From contig NC_087447.1 in NCBI RefSeq assembly GCF_036321535.1, positions 51,896,001 through 51,960,000 on the forward strand: a DNA stretch of 64,000 nucleotides, read 5' to 3'. Shown piece by piece: positions 49,456 to 62,610 of this stretch. The DNA comes from Camelus dromedarius (taxonomy: Eukaryota). The translations under genes and the position numbers were made by a program. The notes under the pieces are model-generated. The model saw only the letters and a list, made by a program, of their open reading frames with translations. It was not told the DNA's origin and did no database searches. Position 1 is the first letter of the stretch; every line of letters begins with the position of its first letter.

Positions 49456-50047
49456 TGGCAGTTTAAAAAAATGGCCACAAATTCTCTGATGTTCCATCTA
49501 CCAAGAAGTTGGGAGTCTATCTCCTCTTTCCCTGAATCTAAGGGCCTGAGATTCCTTTGACCACTGGAGAATGGCAAAAGTATCACTGTGTGACTTCTAA
49601 GGTGAGGTCATTAAAAAAGGACATGCAGTTTCCATGTTGGCCTCTAAGATCCTCACTTTTATGGCCCCTGAGCCACCATGTAAGACATGGTCTGATTACT
49701 CAGAGGCTGCCATGTTAGGAGGAAGCCCATGCTGCATGTAGAGACCACAGTCAACAGCCCCTGCTACGCGGAGCCTTTGAGTCATCCCAGCCATTGTGAC
49801 AGTTACATGAGTGAACACCATTTCAGACGATTCCGGTTCCCAGCAGTTGAGGGACCCTTTGCCATTCAAGTCTTCCCAGATAAGGCCCCAGACATCTGGG
49901 AGCAGAAACAAGTCTCTGCCGTGCCCTGTCTGAATTTTTGACCTATGGAATCTGTAAGCAAAGCAAAATGGTTGTTTTACGCCACTAAGTTTTGAGCATG
50001 CCTTATCACGTCCAAAGATCTATTACCAAGCAAACGTCACTGGAACA
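49456..50047 (+). mobile_element. MLT1G/H-like MaLR solo LTR
   Basis: 'aaaatggccacaaattctctga', 'cctgagccaccatgtaag', 'aggccccagacat...gagcagaaacaag...gtgccctgtctgaatt', 'gttgttttacgccactaagttttg'. Confidence 0.8.
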
Positions 50048-50878
50048 ACAGATGGGAACTGACAGAGCAGAAGCAGATCAGTTATATAAAAAGATAGGAA
50101 GGGCTATTTTCTTTGATCGTCTAAGCCTGGTTTGAGGCAAATTGCTACCTCTTGCAAGAGACTAAATACATTGTACTACTCTTTTGATTGTTACGAATAT
50201 CTATTTTATCTACAGCTGTTATAATAGAAAATGTCTCAATTATTTGGAAGCCTCTTAGCAGTCCAAAAAGAATATGGGTTAAGACACCACTCTACTGACT
50301 AGATTTTCAGCATGTGGCTGACATTCCCATGATGCCATTCAGAGTTGTCCATGAGCCCATGTTCCTTGGTGCACAGTATACAATAGTCATTCAGTAACTT
50401 TGCAGAATGATTGACAAGGTCTGAGGGTACAGGGGAGGGAGATTTCAGACAAAGCAAAGGGATCATGGTAATGAAGATGGGATCCTGGGGAGAACAGATG
50501 GGGCCACTTGAATCTCATGCTTCATCCTTCCCCATCCACATACCTTCTACAACATTCACTTGCCTATATCTTTAGGTCATTAGTTAAGCTGTTCTCATTA
50601 CATGAAATGTTCTCCCTTCTGCTTGATGAACTCCTACTCTTTCTTCAAAGCCCAGCTCCACTGTCATTTTCTCTGTAGGTTCTCTGATACTGCCCCACTT
50701 TGAATGAAATTAATCCCTCTACTCAACTCTCCTGCAACACTCTCACAACCTCCATTATATTCAGTAAGTTTAGATGTCCATTTTCCTTGATAAACTGTGA
50801 GCTACCGGAGAGGAAGGATGATTCCTACTCATCACCTTACCTCCTGCTTGAGTGCCTTTGTGCCAAACACTAGAGGTC

Positions 50879-50909
<31 letters not shown>

Positions 50910-51803
50910 AAAATTGCTGCCTTTGAGGAACCCGTGTAATTTAGGGGAGAGCTCTAAACACACAGACACACAGCACTGTCCTCAGCACTGTACAGAGGTA
51001 TGGCGGGATGATGTGGGCAGACACATGTCCTTCAGGAGGACAGAGTAGGTGACATTTGAGGTGGTCTTGAAACTGAATTAAGATGAGAAGCCTGCATGGG
51101 GGAAATCTATGAAGTCAGAGCTAAAAGGTCTCAGAAGGGAATGGCACCACAAGAGGAACGTCTGCTCAGGTCTGGTCATTTTTTCCTGCCCTACTGCTGG
51201 AGAGTCCCTGCTCAGGTCATTCCAAGTTCCCTTTTTTCCACACCCAAAGCCACTCAGGCTTCCCAATTACATCAAAAAAGCACCTATCATCTGATCAAGC
51301 AACTTGTTTAAAAAAAAGTGTCTTTAATATATGAAAATATTCAAATCAGTAGCAATCAAAGAAATCCAAATTAAAACTAGGAACTACTTTTTACCTGTCA
51401 AATTGTCAAGTATTTTAAAAGACTGTACTACTTGTTACCAAAGAAAAATCAGGTATCAAAGAAGAATCAGGGAAACCAAAACTCTATCCTTTCTGAGAGG
51501 CAATTTCATATGTTAACAAAAACTGTGCAAACAACTGCACGCTTTGAACCAGAAATTCCATTTATAGGAATTTGTCTGAGGATAAAAGTCTTTGCTGTAA
51601 AGATCATCACAGCATTATTTAAAATAGTGGAAAATAATAAACTACCTAAATGTCCAACAACAGAAGAGTCAAATAAACTCGGCAATGCAATAACTAACAG
51701 TTACCATTTACAGAGTGCTTACAATGAGACTGGCATTACCATTGCAGCAGAATTGGCAAATAGAACCCACAGCTAAAAACAGAGAGGAGGTAAGTTCTCC
51801 ACA

Positions 51804-52958
51804 ATGTAAAGAAAGCAGTCAATAACTTAGGTTGGGCTAATTCAAGAATTTATTAAGAAGCTATAGTATGAAACCTTTTAATCCAACCATCATCCGTGCC
51901 TTTGCACTGCCTGTCCCCCAAGACAGTCGCAAAAGAGTACAGATGGGGAGGGGAACCTCGGGTCCCTTGACCTAGTGGGTTGTGCTGTCGTGTGGGGTGC
52001 TGCTCTCCCTAACCCCACAGTGAGCTCCTCTAAGAGAATCAGTTACAGAGAACAGGAGTGTCACTCACACTCACACACAGAGAGAAAGAAAAGAAAAGAA
52101 AAGAAAAGAATCGGGACAAGAATTTTTAAAAATTGTAATGCCTGGTAAATATCTGCTCAGGCAGCTGATTTACAGGTCTGCCCTGGACCATTCTGGGCAG
52201 GGGAAGGAGAAATCAAGTGAGAAGGGGCAGCAATGCTATTCTCTCACTGTTTGGCATGGATATGAGTCCCTTCGGTCAAGTAGTCTCACTGAAACTGATG
52301 GCCTTAAGCCCTCCTGACAGGTCCCCACCCAAGAGGGCTGTCCACTGGGCACAAGTGGACCCCAGAGATGGGGTACCCAGAGAGAGGGGTTGGCCTAAAA
52401 GAAGGTTGGAGACCATGAGTGGGAAAGCCTATCCTCTAAAGAACTCACAAGCATGGGGAGTGCTCAAAAGCAGTGCTGGTCAGGCAACCAGTAAAAGCCA
52501 TCATGGAGGACCCAACAGCAGCTATTTAAGAAATGTTTATCCCTGACCTTCTCTCTCTTGCCAATCCCTACACACCAGAACCACTGGAGCCTAGGAGAGA
52601 GCAGGGAAGAAGTACCCCAGACAAACCATAAGTCCTCCCAGCCCGACACTCTCCAAGGTGAGGAACAGGGAAGAGGAATAGAAAAGTAAACCAAACCTAC
52701 CTTTTCACACTTCACATCCCCAGAGCCACAAGTCTGGGCACTAACAGGAGTAGGAAAAGCTTTCAATTAGATATGGTGAAATTTTACAATGGTGGACTTC
52801 CAATAACCCAGCGTGACCAGAAGGTTGTGGATTCTGGCCAAGGTATCATCAAGGGATGTGTCCCCTAGAGGAGAGGGAGATTTTGACAAAGTGTAGTTGG
52901 AAGTTCATAGTTTCCCCTCTTGGAGTTAAAATTATTCAATTAACTGGTTAAAGTTACC
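51804..52958 (+). mobile_element. LTR78-like ancient ERV1 LTR (tentative), with (AAAAG)n at ~52085-52110
   Basis: 'aggaaaagctttcaattag', 'ccagcgtgaccagaaggttgtggattctggccaaggtatcatcaaggg' resemble the LTR78 3' part; MIR-like sequence on both sides. Confidence 0.45.
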
Positions 52959-53010
52959 ATTCCACTTCACAAATTAGGAAATGAAAGCTCTGAAAGATTA
53001 AGAAAGTTCT

Positions 53011-53097
53011 ACACTGGAATTTGACAACAACATTGTAAAATGATTATAAATCAATAAAAAATGTTATATTGTTGTTCAAAAAAAAAAAAAAAAAAAA
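53011..53097 (+). mobile_element. Very short camelid-type L1 3' end inserted in a MIR
   Basis: 'acactggaatttgacaacaacattgtaaaatgattataaatcaataaaaa' plus A20; MIR continues on both sides. Confidence 0.75.
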
Positions 53098-53197
53098 GAG
53101 AGAGTTGCTCAAACCCACAAAGCACAGGGGAGTCTTAGTTTGGATTCCAACCCAAACTAAGAGCCAACCTTATAGCTCATGCCTTTTACAGTCTTAC

Positions 53198-53818
53198 CAG
53201 GATTTTTCAAACAGGGCCCAAAGACATATCCCCCGGGATCTGCAAAGCCACTTCAACATTTTTTTTCCCCAGGGTGATCTTAAAATACATAAGTATAGTC
53301 TCAATCATCTGAATGATCATCTTACAAATGAAAGTTGCTCCTTGATTACCAGTATTTGCATTTATACGATGTTAAGTATTAAGTTCTCCAAGTTTCATAT
53401 GCTAATGATTAATGAGAAAGAAGGACAAAGGTGACTGTATAAAAATAATATGATCATACTAATGAAAACTTTGCTATACAAACCAAAGTTTCTCTGTAGT
53501 TGAAACAAAGAAAAGAATGGGATGCAGAACAGAGAAGCTCCATAGAAATAAGGGCCACATTCACATTTTAAGCAACAATTTAAGTTTCCCCAAAATATCC
53601 ACTGTTGTTAATGTGAATTACGTTGGTTCTGAAGTTAATCATAAATTTGTTTTGGTTTTATAATTGTAGAAGGGCTATAAGTACACATTTATACCTCAGA
53701 ATTTTTGCTTATAGACATTTGGGTAACATAATAATAAAGATAACTTAATTCAGCATCAAGAAACTGTAAAAATGTTTGTTTAAAGCGTCCTTACATTACA
53801 CATGCTTGGGAAGTTCTG
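53198..53818. mobile_element. hAT-Charlie-like DNA transposon remnant
   Basis: Ends CAGGATTTTTCAAAC...GCTTGGGAAGTTCTG; internal 'ttctgaagttaatcataaatttgttttggttttata'. Confidence 0.5.
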
Positions 53819-55389
53819 TGTTATGTCATTCTACCTAAGCAACCATTACAAGCCATGTCTTGAAAAACTGTTTGTGACACAAGGAAGTATTTTCAATGCT
53901 ATATTAATTTAAAGAACACAAAAGGTGGTACAATCTTGCTCTAATTCGTAAAATACACAAAGCACATATAAACATTAAAAAAAGACACTAGGAAATACAC
54001 TAGAGTGTTAACAATGTTTATGCTATAGTAGGAGTATTACAGGTGCTCTTTATTAACGTTGCTATTTGCTTTTTTGTACTATTCTGTATTTATAATAACT
54101 TTACTATAAGATGGAAATTCAAGCATTGCGAAAAAATTCAATTTTTATAGCCTATGTCATCAAAGTTCCCAAAACCTGCTGCTAAAAGAAAAAAAAAATT
54201 GCACTTTCAATCCAATTCTAGCTCAAGTTCTTTCTTCTCCAAAGAGATGTAACCAATTCTAAAGTGATATTTGGTCAAAACTTAAAAGTATACAAAGTCC
54301 TAGTCAACCAATAACTTATTGTGCTTTAGGAAGCAGGGCTGCAAGGATGAGCAAAGGTCATGGTACACTCCACTCTGGGGGAAGCACAGCATAAACCGAC
54401 AGTCAGTCAGTGGTACTAGGGCACAGAGATGCAGGAGTGTGGAGAACAGGTTCTATTACTTATTTTGATGGTGAGGGTGGGGCAGGAAAGGTTGCCACAA
54501 GGTGACAGTTGAACTGAGTCCTAAGAATGAATGAGGAAATGGGTGCAGAAAGGTGAAATGGCAGATTCCCCAGCAAGTAGAACCTAGACATAGGTCTTAG
54601 GACACCAAGCTCACTGACCATACTAGACTAATCCCTCCTGGGCTCTCGCAACACTAGTCTTTGCCATTTGTACTGCTTGCCGTTATAATTCAAGCTGCTT
54701 CCCCAATAAGAATGTAAACCCAGAGGGGACTACTATGTACACTGTAGACTCTTACTATTTATTAATGACAGTATCTTCAGACAGACTTCTAATGGGCTTT
54801 AAACTCGGCACCCTTTAGCCTTTTTTGGCATGCAAAAACTATATATCCATCTAGCCCATACACATTTTATTCCTCTAGAAAAAATGTATCAAAAGATCAA
54901 AGCCACAGATCATTCCTACAGTCTCCACAAGAAAATTAACCTCCCTACTATCGTATTTAAAACACAGCCCCTTCCCTTGCTTCTGCAAACCAGCAGAGCT
55001 CCAACTGGCATGTTCTTCCAAAGCAGGCTAAGGAAAGGTGTACAGATTGCCTATTCAAGAAAACCTTCCAAGTGCACCGCAGTGCTAGTTAATGATGCCT
55101 AAGTGTTGTGGCTCACCAGCTGGGGTGATACTCTCAGACGATGTTTTGCCTGTATCACAGAATGGGCCTGTGCTGTATATAGCTGTGAATAATTGTTAGT
55201 AACAAATGTCTAACCAGGGGAAATGTGAACACAAGGTAGGGTACATTCACACACATATTCTATGTCTAGAATTTGCTTCAAAAGACTCCAACAATGAAAC
55301 AGTAAAAGGGATAGATGAAACCAATGTGATAAAATCTTAATATTTGAAATTGTGTGTGTGTGTGACCAACCCCAAAACAATAAGCACCC

Positions 55390-55775
55390 CTTAATGCTCA
55401 TGTGGGTTTCCAGATACCATTTTTTACTAGAAGAAAAGAACGCTTTGAGGAAATGGTTAATTCCAAGTCTGGGTCAGGAAATGTACAAGATAAGCCTGGA
55501 ACCTCTTGTCATACCAGACAACAAAGAAATGATCAAATACAAGTAAGGTCATGTCAAAAGGACTCAGAAGCCAACTTGAACAGGCTCACACTGGCTAAAG
55601 ATTGTTCAACATGAGCATCAGTAAGAATAAAACCAGAACAGGTTCAAACACATCAAATATGTATAAATATGCCAGCTCAGGATACCAAAAAATATCTTAA
55701 TTGATCACTTTGAAGGCTACTAAGGAGCCCACTCACTATTTTGACAACTGGTAGATACATAAAAGAAGCAAGCAC
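55390..55775 (+). mobile_element. L1MC4-like 3'UTR fragment
   Basis: 'gtacaagataagcctggaacctcttgtcataccaga', 'catgtcaaaaggactcagaagccaacttgaa', 'actcactattttgacaactggta'. Confidence 0.7.
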
Positions 55776-56761
55776 AAAGCTGGGGAAGGGGTAGCTGTAA
55801 AGCATAAATGACAGTGACTTCAAGAGGACCTTGCTTACAGCTGGTGTCAGACAAGTGGCACAAAGCCTATACCAAACTCTAAGAGAGATGCTCACACTAT
55901 CATGTAAAGTGCCCGGTGTGAGAATTCCAAACCGGAAGTGAAAAAAAGTGCCATGGAAACAAGCCACAAAGAGAGCCCAAACAAGCCACTTTGGTGGGGC
56001 CTGGAAGGTAGGAGACATCAGAGCCTTAAAGGGTTACCACTCACTGGGATGTCTTTACATTTTAAGCCGTTCTCAAACATTGGCTCCAGAACCTCACACT
56101 GATCTTTACATCCCTTAGCATACACATATTTTTTAGGGACTGGTCAGTGTCACCAGTTGACACAAATCCCCATGTGGTTTCATTTTCTTTCCTTGAGATC
56201 AGGTGACCCTTGAGATGTTCCTTTCAGGAAAAATTAACTTCCTAGAACCAGATGTAGTATCTAGCTCGGGAATTCCACCTGCATTCTGACATTGTAAACT
56301 TCAGGCCTGACCCAGACTTAAAAGGGATGTGAAGAGAACCACACTCATATTCAAAGTTCCTATGAAACAATTAACAAATATAAACAAACATCGGCCCCAA
56401 ATGCCACATCCCCCAATATTAAAATCCTACTCTGGGCGAGATATTGTGCCAAGATTTCTGTCACCTGTTATCTAGTAAATTCTCAAATCCAGTAAAGTAA
56501 GATGTATTACTCCATCTTTTACAGACAAGGAGGTAGGCTCAGAGAATCACATCATTTGCTCAAGGACCCAAAGCCCCTTGAAACACTAAGACAGAGCTCT
56601 TCTGAAGATAAGCAATGTCAACACAACATTGACATTTCACATTGAAGGAGTGGCTGAGAAGCAAAGACTTACTGAATTAGACTGATGCTCTTCATTAATA
56701 AATGTCACCCTACCATGTAAGGCCTTTTATGGTCTATCTCCTTAGCTCACCACTCACTTTT

Positions 56762-57044
56762 TTTTTTTTAACTGAAGTACAGTCAGTTACATTGTGTCAG
56801 TTTCTGGTGTACACCATAATGTCCCAGTCATGCATATATGTACATATATTTATTTTCATATTCTTTTGCATTAAAGGCTATTCCAAGATATTGAATATAG
56901 TTCCCTGTGCTATACAGAAGAAGTCTGTTCTTTATCTATTTTTATATATAGTGGTTAACATTTGTAAATCTCAAACTCCCAAGTTTACCCCTCCCCACCC
57001 CCTATCCCCAGTAACCATAAGATTGTTCGCTATGTCTGCGATCT
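56762..57044 (-). mobile_element. Camelid-type L1 3' end inserted in an L2
   Basis: 'actgaagtacagtcagttacattgtgtcagtttctggtgtac', 'gaatatagttccctgtgctatacagaag'; TSD actcactttt at 56752-56761 and 57045-57054. Confidence 0.85.
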
Positions 57045-57736
57045 ACTCACTTTTCAATCCCCTTTTTGATTTCTACTATAGACTCATCCACTCTGGATGG
57101 ATTTTCACTGCTTCCCACATCCCATGTGCCCTGCCTCTTTCCCACTTTATCTGTCACAGTCCTTTCTAGGTCTTAATGTTTTGAGTTCAACTCACATTCC
57201 CGCTTCCTACTCCAGGAAGCTCTTCTGTCTTTTCTTGTGCTCAGAACTCTTGCCTTCACAAAATTTTCTGCCTAGACCACATAACTCCATATAAGGACAT
57301 TGCTGTTTCAGATGTATACCTCTGATCTCCCTAGCCTACAGATTCCTTGAAAGCAGAGTTGAGTATTGATTTATTCCCTTGGGAAGGGAAAGAGTACAAA
57401 ATATACTCTATAAATATGTGTCAACATTAATTTGGATGCAGGCAACAGCTTGTTAAGGAACCTATATTTCTCAGCATTTCTCATAAGCTTGAGGTTACCA
57501 TGTTCTATTATCCCCTTCAAGCTAGAGAAAGGCCAGCTAGAAACAGAAAGCCATGTCAAAGTTGTTTCATTAAGCAAAGTAGCAGCATGTGTTCCTACTT
57601 TGCACAATTTCACTGCCTCTGGTCCTTAGGTCCCTGAGAGAACATTCCATTATCATTCAAGGCTGTGGAGATTCCACCCTGTCTTTTCTCTTGGATTAGA
57701 AGTATTAGCAGGGACAAGTACTAACAAATGAGGAAG

Positions 57737-58064
57737 TTTTTTCTAACATGTAGAAAAATACACATAACATAAAATTTACCATCTTAACCTTTTTTAAGTG
57801 TACAGTTCAGTGGCATTGACTATTCACATTGTGCTACCATCACTACCATCCATCTCAAGAACTTTTCATCTTGCAAAACTAAAACTCTGTACCCATTAAA
57901 CAGTAGCTCCCTATTCTTTCCTCCTCCCAGCTCCTGGCAAGCACTTTCTGCCTCCATGAATTTGACTCCTCTAGGTACCTCATGTAAGTGGAATCACATA
58001 TTTGTCCTTTTGTGACTGGCTTATTTTACTTAGCATAATGTCACAGAGGTTCATCCATGTTGCT
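57737..58064 (-). mobile_element. L1MB-like 3' end
   Basis: 'cataacataaaatttaccatcttaacc...aagtgtacagttcagtggc...ctaggtacctcatgtaagtggaatca'. Confidence 0.85.
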
Positions 58065-58239
58065 AAAAGGAATTTCCATGTGGTTATCTGTCCCAGGAAC
58101 TGAGACCAGACAGAGCACTTGTTTAAATACTCACATAATCTCTTGGAATAAAGTCCTGGCTGCCGAAGATGGCCTAGAAATAAGTCTTGAATTCTCTCTA
58201 GTTTCTGAAGACCTCCTCCTCTCCTGTCCTTCTCCCCTC

Positions 58240-59158
58240 TTAGCTTTACTGAGATATAATTGACATAGAGCACTGTGTAAGTTTAAGGTGTACAACATGT
58301 CGATTTGATACATTCATATACTGCAATACGATTACCACTGTAGCGTTAGCAAACGCCTCCATTCACATCATATAATTAGCTTTTTTTTTTTTTGTAGTGA
58401 GGACATTTAAGATCTACTCTCTTAGCAAATTTCAAGTGTAAAATACAGTGTTAACTATAACCATAATGCTGTGCATTAGATCTACAGAAGTCATTCATCT
58501 TCTAACTGGGAGTTTACACCCTCTGACTAACATATCTTCAATCTCCCTGCCCCGCAGCCTCTGGTAACCACCTTTCTACTCTTTATTTCTACAAGTTTGG
58601 CTTCCCTTAGGTTCCACACAAGTGATATCATACAATATTTTTCTTTCTCTGACTTATTTCACTAAGCATAATGCCCTCAAGGTCCATTCATATTGTAGCA
58701 AGCAGCAGGATTTCCTTCTCTGTCATAGCTGAATAATATTTCATTGCATATATATACCATCTCTTTATCTATTTATTCATTGATGGACATGTGGGTTGTT
58801 TCCTTATCTTAGCTATTGTGAATAATGCTTCAACAAACACTGGGGTGCAGATACCTCTTCAATATTCTATTTTCACTTTCTTTGGATACATACTCAGAAG
58901 TGGAATTGCTGGATCATATAATAGCTCTATTTTTAGTTTTTTGAGGAATCTCCTTACTGTTGTCCATAGTGGCTGCATCAGTTTGCATTCTGACCAACGG
59001 TGCACAAGGGTTCCCTTTTCTCCACATCCTCGCCAATATTTGTTATCTTGTCTTTTTGACATGGCCATTCTAACAGGTGTGAAGTGATATCTTTTTGTGG
59101 TTTTGATTTGCATCTCCCCATTGACTACTGATGTTGAGCAACTTTTCATGTACTGTTG
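58240..59158 (-). mobile_element. L1MA-like 3' portion with ORF2 C-terminal remnant
   Basis: Minus ORF 58859-59149 MKSCSTS...[18 protein letters not shown]...[24 protein letters not shown]...YDPAIPLL matches the L1 ORF2p C-terminal region. Confidence 0.9.
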
Positions 59159-59619
59159 ACTCTTAGTATCTCTCCCCTGTTCTTACTAGCCCACATGTTC
59201 TCTCTTGCCTACCTCTCCAGTCTCAGAGCCCACTACTTCCATGATCCCGCTGATAGTTTAGCAACACCAAACTGTTTCTAGTGTCCCTGCACACACCATG
59301 CAGGTTCTTGACATCTGGCCTCCACTGTCACTGGTCTCTCTCACTCTCCTCTTGGCTTACTTCTAGTTAGGGCCACCTCTTCAGGAAGCCTTTTCTTTTT
59401 CTTCGTTGTAGTCCCAGAAGTTGAGTGCTTGGCACAGAATGGATGTTGATAACTTACTGAACTAAATTATATTTGATACATTCACATTCTCTGTTGAGAA
59501 GACAAGTTTAAAGAAAACTTCAAGGTTAATGGGATTATAGGTAATTTTTATTTATACTTCAGTATTGTTCCAATTTTCTCATGGTATGCTGACTTTTCAA
59601 ATTGACCTTTTACAAAAAT

Positions 59620-60865
59620 TTAAGAATAATCTGATAGAATAAAGGCTTGAGGAATCAGTCTACCAGATTTGAAGATTTATCAAAAAGCTAGAGTTACCAA
59701 GAATATGTTGTATTTCAGGGGGATAGACACATGGAATAACAGATCAGTACAGAGAACCCAGAAACAGACCCACACAAATATGCCCAAATGACTTATGACA
59801 ATGGTGCAAACATAATTCAATAAAGGCAACATGGCCTTGTCAACAAACAGTGCTGAAGCAATCAGACATCCATTGCCAGATAAATAATAATAAAAATGAA
59901 TTAAAAATCTCAATCTAAGTCTCACACCTTATATAAAAATTAAAACAGATCATGGATGTAAGTAAAAATATATAAAATCATTAAATATTTAGGGGGAAAC
60001 GGAGAAAATCTCTGCAACTGGGCTAGGCAAAGAATTCTTATACTTGTACATCCTATAAAATGGAAAATTGATAAAATGGACTTCATTAAAAAAAAAAACT
60101 TTTGCTTTGTGACTCTGCTAAGTAGATGAAAAGACAAGCTTCAGTCTGGGAGAAAATATTTGCCAACCACATATTTGACAAGATCTGGTATACATAAAAC
60201 TCTCAAAACTCATCAGTAAAAAAAAAAAAAAAAAAAAATCTAAATAAAAAATTTACAAAAACTTGAAGAGAGACATTTGACCAAAGAGAATATACACATG
60301 ACAAATAATAATATGAAAAGATGTTCAACATCACTGGCCATAGGAAGATGTAAATTAAGACCAACAGGTGAACTTTTAAACTAATGAACATAATTAAACA
60401 TCCATACCATGGACTATTACTCAGCAGTAAAAAAAAAAAAAAAAAAAAAAAAAGAATGAACTAGTGATACATGTAACAACTTGGATGAATCTCCAGAGAA
60501 TTATGCTGAATGAAAAAGCCAATCCCCAAAAGTTTGTACTTTATGAATCTATTTATATAACACTCTTGAAATAACAACACATAAAAATGGAGAATAGATT
60601 AGTGATTGTCATGGTTTAAGGATGTGGTGGGTGTGAGATGGTAGAGCACAAGGCTATAAAAGGGCGACATAAGGGATCATGTGCTAATGGAAATGTTCTC
60701 TATCTTGACTGTATCACTGTTAATATCTTGATTACCACATTGTACTATAGTTTTGCAAGACGTTACCATTAGGAGAAACTGGATAAAGAGTATATGGGTT
60801 CTCTCTACCATTTTTACAACTAAATTGCTTCTGCAATTACCTCAAAATAAAAAGTTTAATTTTTA
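59620..60865 (+). mobile_element. L1MD-like ORF2 end and 3'UTR
   Basis: 'gagaacccagaaacagacccacacaaatatg', 'tgtactatagttttgcaagacgttaccatt', 'ctcaaaataaaaagtttaa'. Confidence 0.8.
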
Positions 60866-61009
60866 GAAAAAGCTTAGGCTTTGGGACAGAACTAGGTAAC
60901 GCTGGGCAAGCCACTTCCCTTCTCTAAGGGCTAAAAGGATTAAATTAAGAGATCAATGGTCTAAGCATAGTGCCTGGCACAGGATAAGTGCTCAAGAGAC
61001 AGCTATTAA

Positions 61010-62610
61010 AATGGTAAGAGTCATGGCAGTGGGGATGGAGAAGTATATAAAAAATATACTTAGATGATAGCACTAATACATTGGTGAAAGATCAGATGTG
61101 GGATAGTACATGGCGGGGAGTCAAGGATGACTTCCAAGTTTCTCACTTGAGAAAGTGGGTGTTCAGTGGCACCATTTATTGCACAGATGTGGGATGGAAA
61201 AGAGAGGAATAAATAAGAGTTTAATTTTGGGTGTGGTGACCTTATGTTGCCTGGGAAACATTAAAGAAGGAATGCCCAATTAACAACTATATTTGCAAGT
61301 CTGGCGTCCAGAACACACCTCTGGGATGGAAATTTAACTTGATGATGACCAGCATGCAAATGATAACTGAAGTCAGGAGAATGAATGGGATCTCCAAGGT
61401 GGAGAAAAGAGACCACAGCCACTGTATCTATAAAGGATCCTCAATCTTTAAGGACTGGATAGAAGGTCAGCCTAGCAAAGGGGCCAAAAAGGGAGAAAAA
61501 CCAGTGAAATGGTATCACTCAAGACTAGAGGAATGTGCTTCAAGAAGGAGCAAGTGGTCCACTGTAATCAGGCAGTGAAGAAATAAAATAAGGAGTGAAA
61601 AATACACCTCTGAATTTAGTGACCTGGGTGTCACTGGTGCCTTTCTGAGGCAGAGGAAGAATGTCACCTGCCCTATCAGTAAACAAAGGATGCTGTGGCC
61701 ATCAAGCCATCAGCCACTGCTGCTGTCCCTCCACACTGCCCTCCCCCCTCGCCCCTCCCTGACTATGTACCCTGAGGGTATTCAGAATGGAGAAAAACAG
61801 GATACTGGCCAAAGATACTTAAGGTGCAAATCAAAGGAAAGATTCCAATGAGCACAGCTCTTGTATCCTCCCATACATAGAAAAGTCAGGTTAAATTCAT
61901 TAACTTGAGATGTCTGGCTTTCTTTCATTAACAGTAATCTTTTGACATTCTGACTACCTGGTTTTTGTTGCAAAAACTCCTATATATCCTGGCTCCTCCC
62001 TTACATCTCCAGAGCAGACCCTCAGTGCCATCTCAGAGGCTATCTTTCAGGCTTAAGCCCTCAGAAAGTCTGCTGAATAAAACACAATTCTCAACTTTTA
62101 GGTTGTAGGCTTTTTTTCTTTTCTTTTTCTTTTCCTTCAGTCGACACTGGGAATAACTTTGGTGAAATGACAAAGTAGGTTTCAGATTGGAGCCCACTGA
62201 GAAGCAAGCAGGAGAAATGGAGAAGAGTACAAGCAACTATTAACAAGTTTAGCCCTAAAGAAAAGGAGAAAGCACAGTGAGAAGGAAAGGGTGTGATACT
62301 GAGGGAGAATTTTATTAAAAAGGAAGCATGTTTAAATGTTAATGAAAACAAACAGGTACAGGGAAGAACCTGAAGATTCACGACAGAAAGAGTAAGAATG
62401 ATCTGAATGGGCAGGAGAAAATATGTTCCACAGTCCACGGAGCAGTGTCAGCCCAGTTAGAAAGGGCACCTCATCTACTCTAAGAAGACAGAAAAAAGAA
62501 AGGAACCATGCAGATACAGGTAAATTTGGAAATCTGGTCACAGCATGTGACCTAATAGATTTAATTTTCTTTGTGAAGGGGAAGGTAAGGTCATACACTA
62601 AGATTGAAGG
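61010..62610 (-). mobile_element. L2 LINE, long fragment hosting the ERV LTR
   Basis: 'ggagtcaaggatgacttccaagtttct', 'gagtttaattttggg', 'gaatttagtgacctgggtgtcactggtg'; continues after 62146. Confidence 0.7.
61646..62146 (+). mobile_element. Lineage-specific ERV1-type solo LTR
   Basis: TG...CA ends (tgaggcag...gtcgaca), TATA-like TATATAT at 61981-61987, AATAAA at 62076-62081, T-rich U5; 'tatcagtaaacaaagg' start resembles cetartiodactyl ERV1 LTRs. Confidence 0.75.

Noticed and set aside
56988..57009. G4 motif (CCCC x4)
   Set aside because: It is the ordinary G-rich tract of the L1 3'UTR
58859..59149. 96-aa ORF with clear protein homology
   Set aside because: It is an L1 ORF2p C-terminal remnant in a truncated element, not a host gene
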